Virus record (IMG/VR): IMGVR_UViG_3300028805_000073
Length of the DNA stretch: 60,395 nucleotides
Reading direction: 5' to 3' (one strand)
DNA from: a virus
Lineage: Duplodnaviria > Heunggongvirae > Uroviricota > Caudoviricetes
A model generated the notes under the pieces. It saw only the letters and a list, made by a program, of their open reading frames with translations. It was not told the DNA's origin and did no database searches. A program made the position numbers and the translations under genes. Positions 1 to 14,379 of the stretch are shown here, one piece after another. Numbering within the stretch: position 1 is the first letter of the stretch; each line of letters opens with the position of its first letter.

Positions 1-1019
1 CTAGAAAAAGCTTTAAATGCAAGTACTGTGCTTGTTCCAGCTATTCCACCAGTTCCAGTTACAAAACTGTCTAATATGGTCGGTGTACAGAAGTTACCCC
101 ATACTCCATTTCTCTTTTTTCTATTAGACCACCAAAGGTAAGGATGTTCTGAATCTGCAGATTTAGGAGGATCATCAAACCAATAATATTCATTAGAATT
201 ATTAAGTTGATAAGCATAAAGATTCTCAGTGTTATAATTTGTTACCTATGGTAAAAATTCATCATTTCTATTAGTATATGTAGTACCATTAGTACGATAA
301 CAATTTGTCTAATTATTATTATCATATACTTTAACAACTCCTGATTCTTGATTTATTCCAGGAACAGAAGTTTTGTCTTTAGTCAATAGATAAATATATT
401 CTGTATCATTTGCATCAGGTCCTTTTTGATAATTCCATTTGTAGTCATTTGGATTTTGTGAATCATCTTCATTGTTATCAACATACATTCCATACCAATT
501 ATAAAATGTTCCTTTATTTAATCCTGTTGTGAAACCTACAGTATTTGTTATATTATTACCTTCAAATGTAAGTGAATCAGCAAAAGCAAGATGTATATAT
601 TTTTCACCTGTAGAACTACTATCATTAGATTCTCCTATATCAAACCATCCTTCAACAATAGTTCCATCTAATGTAATTTTATGATTTTTATTTCCTGTAT
701 AAATATAAACATGATTATTACATATATACATGGTACCTACTGTCAAACCTTCTTCATCATTACTAGGACATCTTTCAGTTATAGGTTGACCCTAATTCTA
801 ATCATCACCTTGAATTTTATATGTTTCTTCACCTATTTTTAATTCTCCAGTATTAGGATCAAAACTTATTAAGTCTGAGATATTAGAAATATCAGAGGAA
901 TTAGGAATTGGATTATTATTAAGGTATCCAATAATTTCATCCACTTTATGAGTTATAGCATTTAATTCAGTAGCAGTTAATGGTTTACCACATTCAAATT
1001 CTTTATTTAAAATATTCAT
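1..1019 (-). CDS. Tail/fibre-type structural protein, N-terminal part; runs off the window start; TAG=Gln
   Basis: Track ORFs 798-1019 and 309-746 share a frame and are separated only by TAG codons. The frame stays open to position 1 and includes a PYLWWSNR...WGNF motif typical of phage tail-fibre repeats. Confidence 0.7.
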
Positions 1020-1039
1020 AAAAATTTCTAATTTTTATA

Positions 1040-1729
1040 TTAATTACTATTCTAATTATCTTCTGGATCACAAGCAAGAGTAAAGCTTTTCTATTCTACT
1101 AATAACTATAATGAATTAACCTACTCAGTCAAACTTTGAATAGACTGTTGTAATTGCTAAATTAAGTTACTATTATTATTCTACTCTAAAACTTCAATAC
1201 TATCTTTTAAATTATTTATTTCAATTAAATACTCTTCTGGTATAGAATATTTAGGGTTATATTTAGTTAAACTTCCATTATTAACTATATATAATTGCTA
1301 TTCATCTTCAATATATATAATTCCTTTTTTAGGATAATTGTTACTAATCTTTTGAGTTTCAAATACTAATCCTAAATTTTTTAATGCAGTATATTTCTAT
1401 TCCTTAGAGGTATCCTATTCTTTTGTAAAAGAAACATAAATATCATTATTTTCTTCATTTTTATCAGTAGAATCTCTTGTTTTAGTAGAAGCTTGTTCTT
1501 CTTCCTATTGAGAAGTAGTTGTTTGTTCTCCTTCCTAGGTCTGTTCTTCTTCAACTTTAGGTTCTTCTTCTTTTTTCTTAACTAATTTAATATTTATGTT
1601 TCCTTCAGAGTCTAATAGGTCTATAAATTTTCTACCCCACTATATTTTAATCTTACCAGAACTTTTTAAAATGAGACCTTTATCAGAAGAGCCAATCTCT
1701 TCATAGTCTCTTCCGAACATGTTTAACAT
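1040..1729 (-). CDS. Conserved hypothetical protein (229 aa, TAG=Gln)
   Basis: ATG at 1729 to TAA at 1040 with only TAG interruptions. Begins [29 protein letters not shown](Q)[10 protein letters not shown]. Confidence 0.7.
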
Positions 1730-2010
1730 TTCTCATTAAGGTATTTATCTAAATCAAATTTATTCCAAGAAAGTTCTTTAAAACCTTGTCTTTTAGAACC
1801 TCTCGGAATTAAACCTTTATTTATATAATTATCAAAAGTAGCTCTTGATACTCCGATATAATCAGCCGCTTCTTGTTTGCTAAGTTCTTTAGTATTAATT
1901 TTATGAATAAAATCTATTACCTCTAACTATTGATGCTAACTTATATTAGAATTTCCAGAGTCAATATCATCTATTATCTATTGTAGTAAGTTTCTTATTA
2001 TTTTTAACAT
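1723..2010 (-). CDS. Small helix-turn-helix DNA-binding protein (MerR/excisionase-like, 95 aa, TAG=Gln)
   Basis: The reassembled ORF contains [29 protein letters not shown], a typical HTH pattern. Confidence 0.75.
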
Positions 2011-2012
2011 AT

Positions 2013-2180
2013 TTAATCATTATCTTCAGGATTATTCACTGGATTCTCAATTGACTAATCTCTATCAGGTAATCCTAAATCAACACTCTAATATCCATTA
2101 TAAGAGTTATCTTCAGTAGGAGTATTAGTCTAGTCCTAAACTTTTTTTCTACGACATCTTAAAGAAGTTATAAAACTCAT
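2013..2180 (-). CDS. Small hypothetical protein (55 aa, five in-frame TAG)
   Basis: ATG 2180 to TAA 2013. It packs tightly between its neighbours and is open only if TAG is read as sense. Confidence 0.5.
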
Positions 2181-2578
2181 TTTTTTAATTTAAATTTAAT
2201 GTAATAGTATGTATATCCAAATATTAATAATCCAATTAAAAGTAAATGTAATGCAAATAAGTTATAAATATTAAGCGGAATACATAAATAATCATCTGTT
2301 ATTAATAATATTTCATCTATAAGAATATAATACAATGGTAGCCTGTGTACATAACAAAATTCTAATGCCTATGATGCTGAATATAAATGTATCCAAGGTA
2401 AAATAGACATACTAGCTATATATCCTATTGAAATTGGATCTATTTCAAAAAAACATAACATTGTATATAAAACATATAATATTCCTATTAAATGTGGAAT
2501 ATACTTCGTAAGAATTAAAAATATCTTACGATTTCTTATACTAGCCAATTCGACCTCCTTTTTTACGAGATCTTCCAT
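2177..2578 (-). CDS. Multi-pass membrane protein (133 aa, TAG=Gln)
   Basis: Track ORF 2369-2584 continues through TAG to TGA at 2177. Several hydrophobic segments. Confidence 0.65.
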
Positions 2579-2689
2579 GACCAATTATTCTTTTACTCAT
2601 TGTTACTGGTCTTCGCATAATTGTTTATATTTAGTTATTTTCATTTAAAAATATTTATAGTTTAATATAAAACAAAAAAAAGTAGATTC

Positions 2690-3088
2690 TTATTCAGAAC
2701 CTACTTTCTTTTCAAGTTTTTTAACAATGTTATAAGATCGCATATTTAAATCTCCATTTAAATAAGCTAATTCTTCTTCATCATTAATATCTAATGTTTT
2801 AGATATATGACAAATTAAATGAAAATATTCATGTGCAATAGTATTTATTAACTATGAAAACGAACTTGTTTTATTAATTATTATAACTGAACTTTTTAAT
2901 TTAGTATTTGAATATGTTAAGCCAATATTTAGATCACAAGTTTCTAAATTATTTAATGCTTCTTTTATATATTTCTTAGGACATTTTATTCCTATTAAAG
3001 TTTCTATTATATTATCAATATCATCACAAGTACACTCATAAAATACAGATACATTCCAATCATAAATAATAAAATTATCTATTATCAT
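2690..3088 (-). CDS. Hypothetical protein with HExxH motif (132 aa, TAG=Gln)
   Basis: Readthrough of TAG 2852 gives S(Q)LINTIAHEYFHL and ends at TAA 2690. Confidence 0.7.
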
Positions 3089-3480
3089 AACATTTCATCC
3101 CACTCAATTGGAATACCAAGAGTTACTGTATCTGCATACCATCTATTAAACACAATTCCATCATATCCATCTTCGTCATCTATTACATCTTTAACATATA
3201 ATGCAAGATGTTTTTCATCTATAATACTACTTCCCATGAAATCGTTATTTCCCATATTACAAACATATATATAATCATAAAGTTCATTATTTTCCAACTT
3301 TATATTATATTTAGTAAGTAATTCCTCGACTTTATCTTTAGTCATTGGAGTTTTACCATGATTCATTTTAGAAACAGCAAATTCACATAGTTTTTTATTA
3401 AAATGCTATCCAAAGTATTTTAAATAACGTTTCATAGAAGAAGGTCTATCATCATATATATCAAGAGGCATTCTGTTCAT
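3085..3480 (-). CDS. Conserved Bacteroidota phage hypothetical protein (131 aa, TAG=Gln)
   Basis: Starts MNRMPLDIYDDRP...YFG(Q)HFNKKLCEFAVSKM and joins track ORF 3085-3366. Confidence 0.7.
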
Positions 3481-3482
3481 AA

Positions 3483-3695
3483 TCAATAAGAACGTCTGCC
3501 GCCACGGCGCATACCATAGCGAGAACCGTACATATCATCATCGTCATAATCTTTATGTTTGCTTCTTTCTCCGTATTCTGAATTTTCTGCAAGATCTTCA
3601 AACATTGCAACAAGACAATCAGAATGTTTTACTATTTCGGAAGCTGCTTTCATCATTTTTCCGAATTTGTCTTCAGTAACTTCAAGTATAATCAT
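3483..3695 (-). CDS. Small hypothetical protein with Arg/Gly/Tyr-rich C-terminus
   Basis: Track ORF ending YGSRYGMRRGGRRSY, in operon context. Confidence 0.7.
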   Translation of the reverse strand: MIILEVTEDKFGKMMKAASEIVKHSDCLVAMFEDLAENSEYGERSKHKDYDDDDMYGSRYGMRRGGRRSY

Positions 3696-4153
3696 TTTTG
3701 TATTAAATTAAATATTTTATCAAGTTTAGATTCAACACCATCAAATCTACTTTCTAGATTAGTTAGTCTTTCATCTCTTTCTTTATCTATAGCAAATTGA
3801 GGATTAAGTTGTTTAAGAATATTTTCACAATCTTCAATATTCTATTTATAGTAATCAATATTATTTATAATATTTCTACTAGAAGATAATATAGTTTCTA
3901 CTTCACTCTATATACCCTGTTTTGTTTCACTTATTAATAATTTTCCATTATTATATGTACTAAAACTATTAATACTTGGAAGATTGTTAAATTCTTGAAT
4001 TGAATCATCAATTTTTACTTTCAAATCTACTGTTGCCTAATTAAAAGTATATTTAGGCTATGTTACACCGACAATTTCTCCAACTAAAAATTTAGGAGAG
4101 GAAGTTTTATCTAATAGATAGATAGAACTTCCTTGTGAAAGAGCTGAGAACAT
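3692..4153 (-). CDS. Hypothetical protein (153 aa, TAG=Gln)
   Basis: ATG 4153 (MFSALSQGSSIYLLDK) to TGA 3692 with only TAG interruptions. Both ends overlap neighbouring genes. Confidence 0.7.
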
Positions 4154-4491
4154 TATACTAATTGCATTAAATTAGAGTTCTTATCATAATAGATAGTATA
4201 AACTCCAGGTAATGAAAAATCTGTTCCAGTAACAGCTACTCCTCCTACATTAGTTAAAGGTTGAGTAAATTCGTTAGAAGAGAATAGTATGGGAAGAGTT
4301 GTATTAGTAATTTCAGTATTAAGTCTAAATAATAATAACCCAGTTCCATTTAAAAATCTAAATGCTCTATTAGGAATATTTATTATTACATTAGTTGTAG
4401 TAACTTCTACTGAATTACTTTCAATCATCGGAATACCATTTCTATTTGCAAAATTAAACGGATAATTAGTTGTTGCTCCAAACATATTCAA
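4153..4491 (-). CDS. Hypothetical beta-rich protein
   Basis: Track ORF of 112 aa ending in TAA. Confidence 0.7.
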   Translation of the reverse strand: MNMFGATTNYPFNFANRNGIPMIESNSVEVTTTNVIINIPNRAFRFLNGTGLLLFRLNTEITNTTLPILFSSNEFTQPLTNVGGVAVTGTDFSLPGVYTIYYDKNSNLMQLV

Positions 4492-4504
4492 CTCCTTTCT
4501 TTAA

Positions 4505-5506
4505 TTAATTCCAAAAACTAGTCTAACCGAATCCTCCTATATAAGGAGTTACATTAGCAGCAATTACATTAGGCCACTAAACAGGAATAGTATTTGGTTG
4601 TCTAGCTGCAATAGCATCAATCTTATCATCAAGTGCACTCATAGCTTTATTAAATGCTAATGTTTGATTATCATTACTAATTTGATTTCTTAACTGAGTA
4701 ATTATATCACCTTGAGTATTAATCTTGTTCTATAATTCCCTTTCTTTAAGATCACAGAATTCTTTAGTAATAAGAGTGTTTTGTCCAGCAATAGCATTAA
4801 GAATACTATTAGTATTAGTATCAGCTTGTCTAGTGAGAGTATTAGTCTACTGACATACAGTAAGCTAATCAGCAGCTTCAATCTATGCATTTTGTAACTA
4901 ATCAGCAGCATGATTCTAAGAAGCAAGAAGCTAACTAGCAGCATGATTTTGAGAAGCTAATAATGTAGAATCAGCATGATTAGCTGCCATTTGACTTTGA
5001 ATAGCATTAGTTTGATTTGCAATAGCTAATCTGTTTTCACAGCAGCAATTACATAACTATTGACTAAGAGAAGCATTTCCAGATTGAATAGAATTAATAA
5101 CCTATTGTCCAGACATACCTACTTGAGCACCTACAGTTTGGATTGCAGATTGAATAGCATTAACTCCGTTTTGTACTTGACTTACACTTGTATTAAGAAT
5201 ACCTGCTAACTGATTAAGAGAATCAGCTCTACCATTAATAGCTTGTAAGAGTAAATCTCTACCAGCATCATTGTTTAATTGATTTGATAAGAATCCAGTA
5301 CCCATAACATTACCTGCTCCACCAAATCCTCCGAATCCACCGAATCCTCCGTTGAACATCCAAGGAAATAAGAAGAACAAAAACATAGGCCACATCCAAT
5401 TCATACCATTACCAAAACCTCCGTTCTAACTTAAAGCAAATAGAAGAGCAGGGTCTATTGAATTATTGTTTCCATCAGGAACATTAAAAACCTTTGTTTC
5501 AGACAT
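4505..5506 (-). CDS. Gly/Gln-rich phage protein with CNCCCENR motif (333 aa, TAG=Gln)
   Basis: Readthrough gives SGQ(Q)VINSIQSGNASLSQ(Q)LCNCCCENRL. The TAGs fall inside Gln-rich context. Confidence 0.8.
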
Positions 5507-5587
5507 AATAAATTAATTTTAGTTTTTTAATAAAATAATTATCTGTTGCGCAACTAAAACTAATTTATTTATACATATATAAATAAG

Positions 5588-5649
5588 AAAACGTTACTAA
5601 AAATTTTCTAACTGATTGATTATCAGATAGTTATCTTTAGTAACGTTTT
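5588..5649. repeat. Long intergenic inverted repeat
   Basis: AAAACGTTACTAAA (5588-5601) pairs with TTTAGTAACGTTTT (5636-5649) and encloses TAACTGAT...ATCAGATAGTTA. Confidence 0.7.
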
Positions 5650-5740
5650 AAATTTGTATTAAAATTTAATAAAAAATTTTGTAATAAAACAAAAATAGCT
5701 AGAAATATCTAAAAAATACTTCTAGCTATTTATTTTAAAA

Positions 5741-7414
5741 TTAAGAAATACCATAATCTTTATTTGCTTGATATAATTCCCAATTTGTAGGAGAATCTGT
5801 TTCTAACTATGATATAGGAAATATATAATCTGCAATAGCTGACCACTATTCATTTGTTTTATATGTGTTTACGACAGAATCTGGAACGTACCACCTTGCA
5901 AGACTAGGATTTCCCCATGACCATCCTAATCCAAAACCACCTGTGTCAGAAGAATTATAATTTGTTGACGGAGGAGTTGTAGCTTGTATAACAATATAAC
6001 AATTAATATAATTTCCAGATTCTCTATACATATCATTAAGTCTAAGTGATGTTAAAGTAGATGGAAACTACATATATTGTAAAAATTGACCAGTAATACC
6101 TCTACATAAATTATCAGTTGTACTCGTAAATCCATAAGGATATATTAATTTTTGTACTTTTGTATTAATAAATCCTGCTCCACCACCAGTTTTAAGTGTT
6201 TTAGGAAGTACAACAGATCTTAAATTCTAACAATTATAAAACGCACCTTGTGGAATTTCTGTAATAAGTCCTAAATTTGAAATTGTTTCTAATTTCATAC
6301 AATTTTGAAAGGATCCCGCACCTAATGATACAAGATTAGACATACTAAGATCTGAAATTTGCAAATTACTACAATAAGCAAATGCATCTGCTCCAATTGT
6401 CTATAAATTACTAATAAAATCAGCACTAACCAAATTACCTGCTGAATAAAAACAATTCTATCCAACTGATATTACTCCAGGTGCAGAAATACTATTTAAT
6501 ATTCCATATCTATTATTAAATGCATCAGCACTTAATGTAATACATGACTACGGTAATGTAACAGTAGTCAAAGAATTACATTCACTACATGAATTGCTTC
6601 CAACAGATGATATATTTCCAGTAACTGTTAATGTTGTCATAGTCGATGTCCTAAAAAAATCATCAGGAATATCTGTGTTACTTTCCCAAGTTACATTATT
6701 AATGTTAATTCTTCCGAATTTTCTCCCTCCTCCTCCGTTGACAGGAGTCATATCAGAAGTTATAACAACATCTGTTAATTTATTATTTGTATTTCCAATA
6801 TATATATTAACATTATTATTACTATTTGTTGGAAACATATATCTCGCACCCAAATTTATTTCAACAAACCATTTTAAAGAAGGAATTATAAAATCACATG
6901 ATACATTAGGAAAAAAATCACTTCCTCTATATGTTGAATCAAAAGCTATTAATTTTAAATTAGTACATCCGCTAAACGGACTATTTTGTCCTCCAGTATA
7001 GTTAGTAAAATATTTAAATTCTTCAAAATATTCAATATCCGTATTTTTAAAAGTTATACCTCCATTATTTCCATTTCCATCTAAATATAATCCATCTAAA
7101 TCAGATGTTGAAATTCCATAACCATCACCTAAATTATATGTATTTTTTAATATATTAAATACTTTAGGATCTCTAAATTCAATATAACTTTTTAATACAT
7201 TAATATGAAGTTTAGGGTAAGCACTATTTAAAGTGCTTACCTAATTTTCATATCCACCATCTGCTGTAATACTTCCAACTAATCCTATTTTTTGATTATC
7301 TTCATTAAGTTCTTGAGATATATCTCCATTTATATGTGCGTTATATAAGTTTACTATAACACCAGTACCTACTCTTTCAACTGAATTTTCAGGTTGCTAT
7401 ATTTTTATTATCAT
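5741..7414 (-). CDS. BspA-type leucine-rich-repeat protein (557 aa, TAG=Gln)
   Basis: Track fragments 6548-6853 and 5846-6031 share a frame. Repeats resemble IPDDFF...ISSVGSNSCSECNSLTTVTLP, and the C-terminus is WSAIADYIFPIS(Q). Confidence 0.75.
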
Positions 7415-10400
7415 ATATTATATAATTTATTAAATAATGTAAATCCACAAGGTCCAGACTAATTAACTCCTAATAATGTAATAGTAGTTATGCTAGAAGA
7501 ATCTTCTATTGTAACTCCATCTGAATTTAAAACTGTAGGACTATTTATTGTTATAATATTAGGAGTTCCAAGTTTAAGAGTAGATATTCTACTATTTTCT
7601 GGAATATTGACACCTAATGTTGTTCCTCTCGTATCTAATGATGTTAATTGAGAAGCATTTTCTAAATTTATTGTTCCTTGTAATAAATTACAATCTTTTA
7701 TTGATAAAGATGTTAATTTCTAACAATTAGCAAATGTAAACATATTTATTGAATCCTACAAACTACATCCAGTAAAATCTAACTCTGTTACATTTGGTAA
7801 ATATAATAATACAGAATCTCCTCTGTTTGTTTCTAAACTTGTTGTAAGCTGAGCTATATTAGGAGTAGATGCATTTGTATGGAACTATACAGAGCCTTCT
7901 ATTCCAATTAAATGAGTTTTATAAAGATTAACATACTAAGTTAAATTATAATCATTATTATATTTTGTAATTAATCCCATATATAATCCATTTCCTGAAT
8001 CCCCTGTAATAATTATATTATCATCTTTAATAACCATAATATTTACAGCTTTATATTGATAATTTCTAGCTCCTGCTTTTACTCTAATTCTAACCTGATA
8101 TGTTGTTATATTAGTAGGCATTATTTCAGAACTAGGAGCAGTAAGTTTTAATAATGAAGAATCTCCAAACTAAGAAGAATATATAATATTTTCATCGTTT
8201 TCTCCAAAAATATTATTTTCGGCAGATTCTGGTTTTGTTAAAAATCCGTTGGTTATACTTGCAGCTGTACTTACTTTTATAATATTAAATCCAAGTTCTT
8301 TAATTCTAGCATTATATGTTCCATGAGGTGTAATATTTATATTAATTTCTTGACCAGGTGTATATAATACATATACTTCTGGAGTCTCTGAATTAAATGT
8401 AGTATAATCAGAAAAATATGTAGTTTTTATTGTATTACTTCCATAAAACTATCTTAATCCAGAATTACCAGAAGGAGCAGTTACATCTATTGAATATCCT
8501 ACTGGATATACTGTACCTATAATATGTATTACAATATAAGAGTATCTTGTAAGATTATCATCTCCCTTATAAGCAACTCTTACTTTGACATCATAATTAC
8601 CAAAATCTCCTTCATTAGCAATTAACTACATTTTTCCATCATTCTAACTATATACTAATTCACAAGATTGATAAGTAGAACCCCAAACAGTATTATTAGT
8701 AGCTCCAATAGCCCAAATATATTCTCCGTCACCAGGAGCTGACATATCTGATATTACTATATTATTTCCAACAGATTCTCTAAGTAAAAATTTAGTTCCT
8801 ATCATAGAAGCAATGGAACCTTCAGTTAATTCCATTACTTCATTATTAATAGTAACATTATCAACGTTTATAATAACATCTTCACTAGTGGAATCTACAA
8901 CTAATTGAGAATTTATACCAGATTTATCAAATGCTGAATCTCCAAACCATTTCTTAATATTAACTATCTAAGACGAAGTAAGAGAACTATTTAATACAAC
9001 ATATCCTTTAATATATTTATGTATGTTATTATTAAACATTCCTGTTGAAGAAATTCCATTCAAATAAGCTATATTTTCAAGGTCTTCATAGGTTAATCTA
9101 GTATTAAACTATACTCCCCAATTAATGTTTTCTGCTCTAAATGATTTACTCTTTAATATTTCATGTAATTCTTCAGAATCATAACTACCATCATTGCTAT
9201 TATAACTACTTAAAGTTAATTTAATTGAATTAATCCAATCAAGAACAAATCTCAAAGAACATTCATTTCTAGCAGTACTACCATCAAATACAACAGTAGA
9301 GATAGATGAAGGAATTACATTTAACTTGGTATAAGTAGCACCAGCAGGATTATATACTGGAACAGGATTACCTTCTTCATCTTCAGTATAAATTGGTTCA
9401 TTATTTTCATCTAAAGCTATAGTAGCAGTACTAGTTGCTATAGTATTCCAAAATTCTAAATTATTCCATTTTGCATTATGCATTACAAATGTATTAATAT
9501 TAGATGTTGAAATAGTACTATCATAATTTAATATACTTGTAGTTCCAGGAAGGACTAAATTAGTAAATGTATTACCTGATGGAGCATTCTAGAATTCACT
9601 AAGCATTGTACCAGAAGCATAGAAGTTTTCTATAGAATTTCTATCATTATTTACAAACAATCCCATTGTATTATTAATTGTGGATTGACCTGTAATATTT
9701 AATGTTACAATTTCTGAAAGAGCATCGGTATTATTAATTCTAGATGTAGATGTAATACGAATCGCTGTTCCAGAAATAGAACCTGTTTTTTCAGTATCAC
9801 TTCCAACAAGAGGAACTCCAATATTTAAAACTTTAATATTGGCTCCAAGGACTGGATCATAACATCTTGATACATCTACAGCAGACATTGTTTTAGCAAA
9901 ACAACTTAAATCAAGTTCTTCAATGAATGAACCTCCGAATATCCAAGTCGGGTCTTTTGCAGAAAAACTATTTGGAGAAATATCAAAATTCCAACTTAAT
10001 GGATCTGACAACTATGCTTCAATTCTTCCTACACTAGCAGTACCTGTATTAGACATTAATTCAAAGAATGTATTAGCAGTAGGTTTAATTGTTAAAATAT
10101 CAGTTCCTTGTTGGGAAATACCTTTTTCAACAAATAATACTACACGTCTATCTTTAAATGTACCACAACTCCATTTAGCGTCATAATAGTTCATTGATGT
10201 ACTTAACCACCAGTGACGGTGTGACATACGAGAACCCTATAACCAAGGAAGATATTCACCACCTCCGTTTTTAATATATTTAAAGAATCCTGCTTCATTA
10301 TATAATGATTCAGCCCATTTATTAGAATATTCTTCATCAAACATCTAAGAAGCTTCTTCATATGTCAATCCTGCATTATATAAAGCTTCTGCAACTTCTG

Positions 10401-13400
10401 GTACTAAAGTATTAGCCCAATAATCCCATGCTTCAAGACAATCCCATAAGAAATTAGATGTACTAGCACCTCTACCAGAGAATGCATATGTTGATGTTCC
10501 AGGAATAAAACTTGTTCTTGTAAGAGGAGGATTAAGAACTAATGAACCTTGGTTAGTATTACCCATAGCAATATCCATATCCCATGGTTCATAGTGCCAA
10601 TGCTGACCATCATATGTTTTCATTTCAGCATTACGTTCAACAGAGTCAACAAGTCCAAATCTTAAGAAGAAAATATAGTATGCTGCCATTTTATACAAAT
10701 CTAAATGATCAGCTGCTTCTTGTTTAAATTTATTTAAAGCTACCTCATTAACAGTTCCATCAGTATACTATTGACCCTAACTATTAACATTTAAAGCAGA
10801 AATTCCTGTAATCCATTCTAAGAAATCTATAAATGGTTGAGCTTTAGTTCTAAATTCAGAATTCTAATCAAATTTATTTTCTTCTATATCATCTGGATCT
10901 GGATATATCATTTCAAAATAATCTTCCCAAAAGAACTTCTAAGGATTTCCGTCTATATCATACTTTATTTCCCTACAGTCTACAAAAGTTCCTCCTGTAT
11001 TTGTAATATCACCCTAGTCATTTAATTCAATAGTTGTTGGAACATCCATAGATAAATAACTGGTTACTGAAGTATTAGGAAGTACTATTTCTATCTATAA
11101 TACATTTTTATTATCCCATACTTTATTAGTTGCTATATCCTATTTTCCATTTATTCCATTTTTAGTATTATCAATATTCATTACAAATGGATCAGTATTA
11201 TCTCCAAATGAGTAAATACTTCTTTCTCCAAATACAAAATCAGATTTTTTATCATCCATAAATACATATTGACCTAAAAAGTGAGTATTTCCATCTCCCT
11301 AAGGATCATTATAAAATACTGCACAAGGGAATGAATCAGCTGATATTCTTACAGTATAAGGGAAAGTTTTTCCAGTTATTTCTGGCCAAGTTTTTCCAAC
11401 TCTTTCTGGATTATAACCATTCTAATCTTGTGTTAAGTTATATAAACCTTCAACCCATCCGTTTTCTCCTATATTTTCATTATTATGTGTTACTGTATAG
11501 CCAGATGTAAATAGTTGAGGCGCAGTTCTAAGTTTAAACTCATTGTTTTGGCCGAATGTTGCATTATACCAAGTTTTCTAAATAAGTCTCAATAATCCAC
11601 CGTTATGAACACCAGATGAGTCTGCATAGTTTGCTTGAAGAACAAATTTATTTGAAGGAATAGCTCTATTCTTCATTAAATATCTATTCTTATTAAGATT
11701 TAAAGCTCTCTATGCATCAGGTAATTCAGCAAATGAAGGATTATCTCCTATGGTAGCAGATTTATTTAACCAAAATTTCAAAGAAGTAATAGGATAGTTA
11801 ATAGTAGACTGACCATGTTTTCTAATCATAGCTTTAGTTACATAAAACTATTTAGTATCATCAGCTATACAAGTTCTTCTAATGTTAACAGTTGTTTCAG
11901 AATCTTTTTTAGAAGTAGATCCTGACAAAATATTTGTTAATCCTTTATAACTTTCACCTTGTTCACTTTCTCCTGGTAAACCCTCTATTAAAAGAGTATC
12001 AATTTTATTACTTACTAAATCATAATCTAATTGTTCATTTCTAAATAATTGATTTCTAGAAATAATTGTAGTTTTATCCAAAGAGTCAAATATAAAATTA
12101 TTTAATTCTTGTTGATAAGTAAGAGGTTTATCATAAGCTCTTATTGTATAAACTCTGATAATACTATCTGTTCCACCTATTATTATTTTTCCATTATCGG
12201 AAACATAGGAGTCAGTATATCCTATTTCTGCAGCTCTTTCTAATATTCCATTGTTTATAATATATACTAATCCGTTAGCATATATATCTGTATTGTTAGA
12301 TGTATTAAATATAAAAGCTAATTTAATTCTTTCTCCAACTTTATAATTAGTATGAACTTTATGTCCATCACCACTATATAAGTATGCTCCGGATGGTTTA
12401 ATATCAATATGTCCTCTAGTAGCATCTCCAATTCTAATAAGAATATCATCATCAGATACAGCTTTAACAGGCATAAATTCTATTTCTATTGTTTTTCCCT
12501 AATTTCCTAAAGAATAAGTTCCTCCAGGGAAAGGATTATAATTAATTACTGCTGTAGTATTTACTCCCTATAACTGTAATGCATTATCATTCCATCCAGA
12601 TCTATCATCCCAAGAAACGTTATTGAATGTTGTTGTAACATTATTAACATTATCGACCCAAATATCTCTACTTTCAGAAGAATTAGATTTACCAAAAGCC
12701 TGTAATTTTAACTTAATTTCACTAGCTTCTTGTATATCATAGGTACTTTTTGCAATTATAATTGGAAACGATTCTATTACAGTTTCTACATTATTTTTAA
12801 CAAATTTAGCTATTAATTCAGCACCATCATCTTGAGTCTAATATATTTCAGGAATAAATGTAAGAGGATCACTTACAATTCCTTTAGAACCTATTCCAGT
12901 TCCTACTAACATTTCATGATATTCATTATCTTGTTTATATCTCAAATACCATTGTACATTAATAGAATTATCAATATTTAAATGGTCAGTATAATAAGAC
13001 CAGTTTAATACAAATGGTTCATACTGTGTAGCATATAAAATAACTTCCCCGTTAGAAGATATATAATCTTTGTTAGCTGAAGTATCATATTTTATATTTA
13101 TAAATTTATTTACAATATTTGTTGCAGGAGAAGCTGTTTCAAAATTAAAATATATAATGTTACTTGTAAATTGAGTAGCAGATCCTCCGCTTCCTAATGT
13201 CGCAAATAATCTTAATGTATGAACTATATGATCTTGATTTTCATTATTTGGATTAAATACATTTTTTACTTCCAAAGTAGTCGTATAAGGATTATCTAAA
13301 CTATTAGTTTGAGGACTTGAAACTGTTGTAAATACTTTATTTACTGCATTTCCATCAGATACCTATGCATAAATATTCATAGTCATACCTGATACACTTC

Positions 13401-14181
13401 TTGTAATAGTTATAGGAATATAAAGCATTCCGTTTTCCTATATAGCTTTTGAAAAATCAAACGAACTTTCTAATTTAAATTTAATTAAATATACTGATAT
13501 ATTTACAGAAAATGTTGCTGCTGAATTTTTAGCTGTAACTGTAAGAGTTATAGTATTAGTTCCTTCTTTTAAATAATTATAACAATTAAAAGTAATAATA
13601 TTAGGTTCTCCAGATTGAGTAACCATACTAGAATTATAATCTTCTACAACTTTTACTTCATTTCCTGCTGCATTTTTTATATTATAAGTTACTGTAAAAG
13701 CATCTATAGTAGATTGTTGTTGTCCTCCTTGTTCTTTAAACATTCTTACAACATACTTAATCTTAGAAGCATCAGCATTTATATCTCCAGATATAATATA
13801 TCTAGAATCTCCAATATCACCTTCACTATTATTAGAATCTATACTCTTTACATCTATCATAGTATCAGAAGGTCTAGCCATGGAAGCAATAGGTATAGTA
13901 GAAGCTTTTTCCAAATCATATCTAGCATTTTGAGGATCAGTTAATACTAACCATTCGTTTTTAGCTTCTTCACTACTAAAGAATATATATTGTCCGCCAG
14001 AAACATCATCATATTTTACAAATGGTTTAAGAAGATGTTTCTACAATAATTTTCTTATAGATTCTCCAGATATTGGATGATCAGAATCGACTCCATTTAT
14101 AATATTTCCAGTAATACTATTTTCACCTGAAACCCAGTCTATAAACTCAGTAATACTTTCTCTATATGGTATTTTTTTCAT
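7411..14181 (-). CDS. Very large tail/virion protein (about 2256 aa, TAG=Gln) with LamG-like, CotH-kinase-like and LRR-like regions
   Basis: Nine track fragments (7936-13914) share one frame between ATG 14181 and TGA 7411. Contains WHYEPWDMDIAMG (CotH-like) and IIRVYTIRAYDKPLT (LamG-like). Not every codon was checked by hand. Confidence 0.75.
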
Positions 14182-14191
14182 ATTTTATATT

Positions 14192-14377
14192 TTAGTCTAC
14201 CCAATATGTTTCATCTGTCCAAGGATTATCATCTTCCCAATATCCATTGAAATAACAAGATAAAACTTTATTAATTATCTATTCTGGCCATACTAACTAT
14301 CCCTATGTATAGACGGATAGAATTTCCTATCCGCCTATATACATAGAAATAAATCCTTTATTATCTTTTCTAATCAT
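14192..14377 (-). CDS. Small protein (61 aa, four in-frame TAG) with acidic Trp-rich C-terminus
   Basis: MIRKDNKGFISMYIGG(Q)EILSVYT(Q)G(Q)LVWPE(Q)...CYFNGYWEDDNPWTDETYWVD, ending TAA 14192. Confidence 0.7.
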
Positions 14378-14379
14378 AA

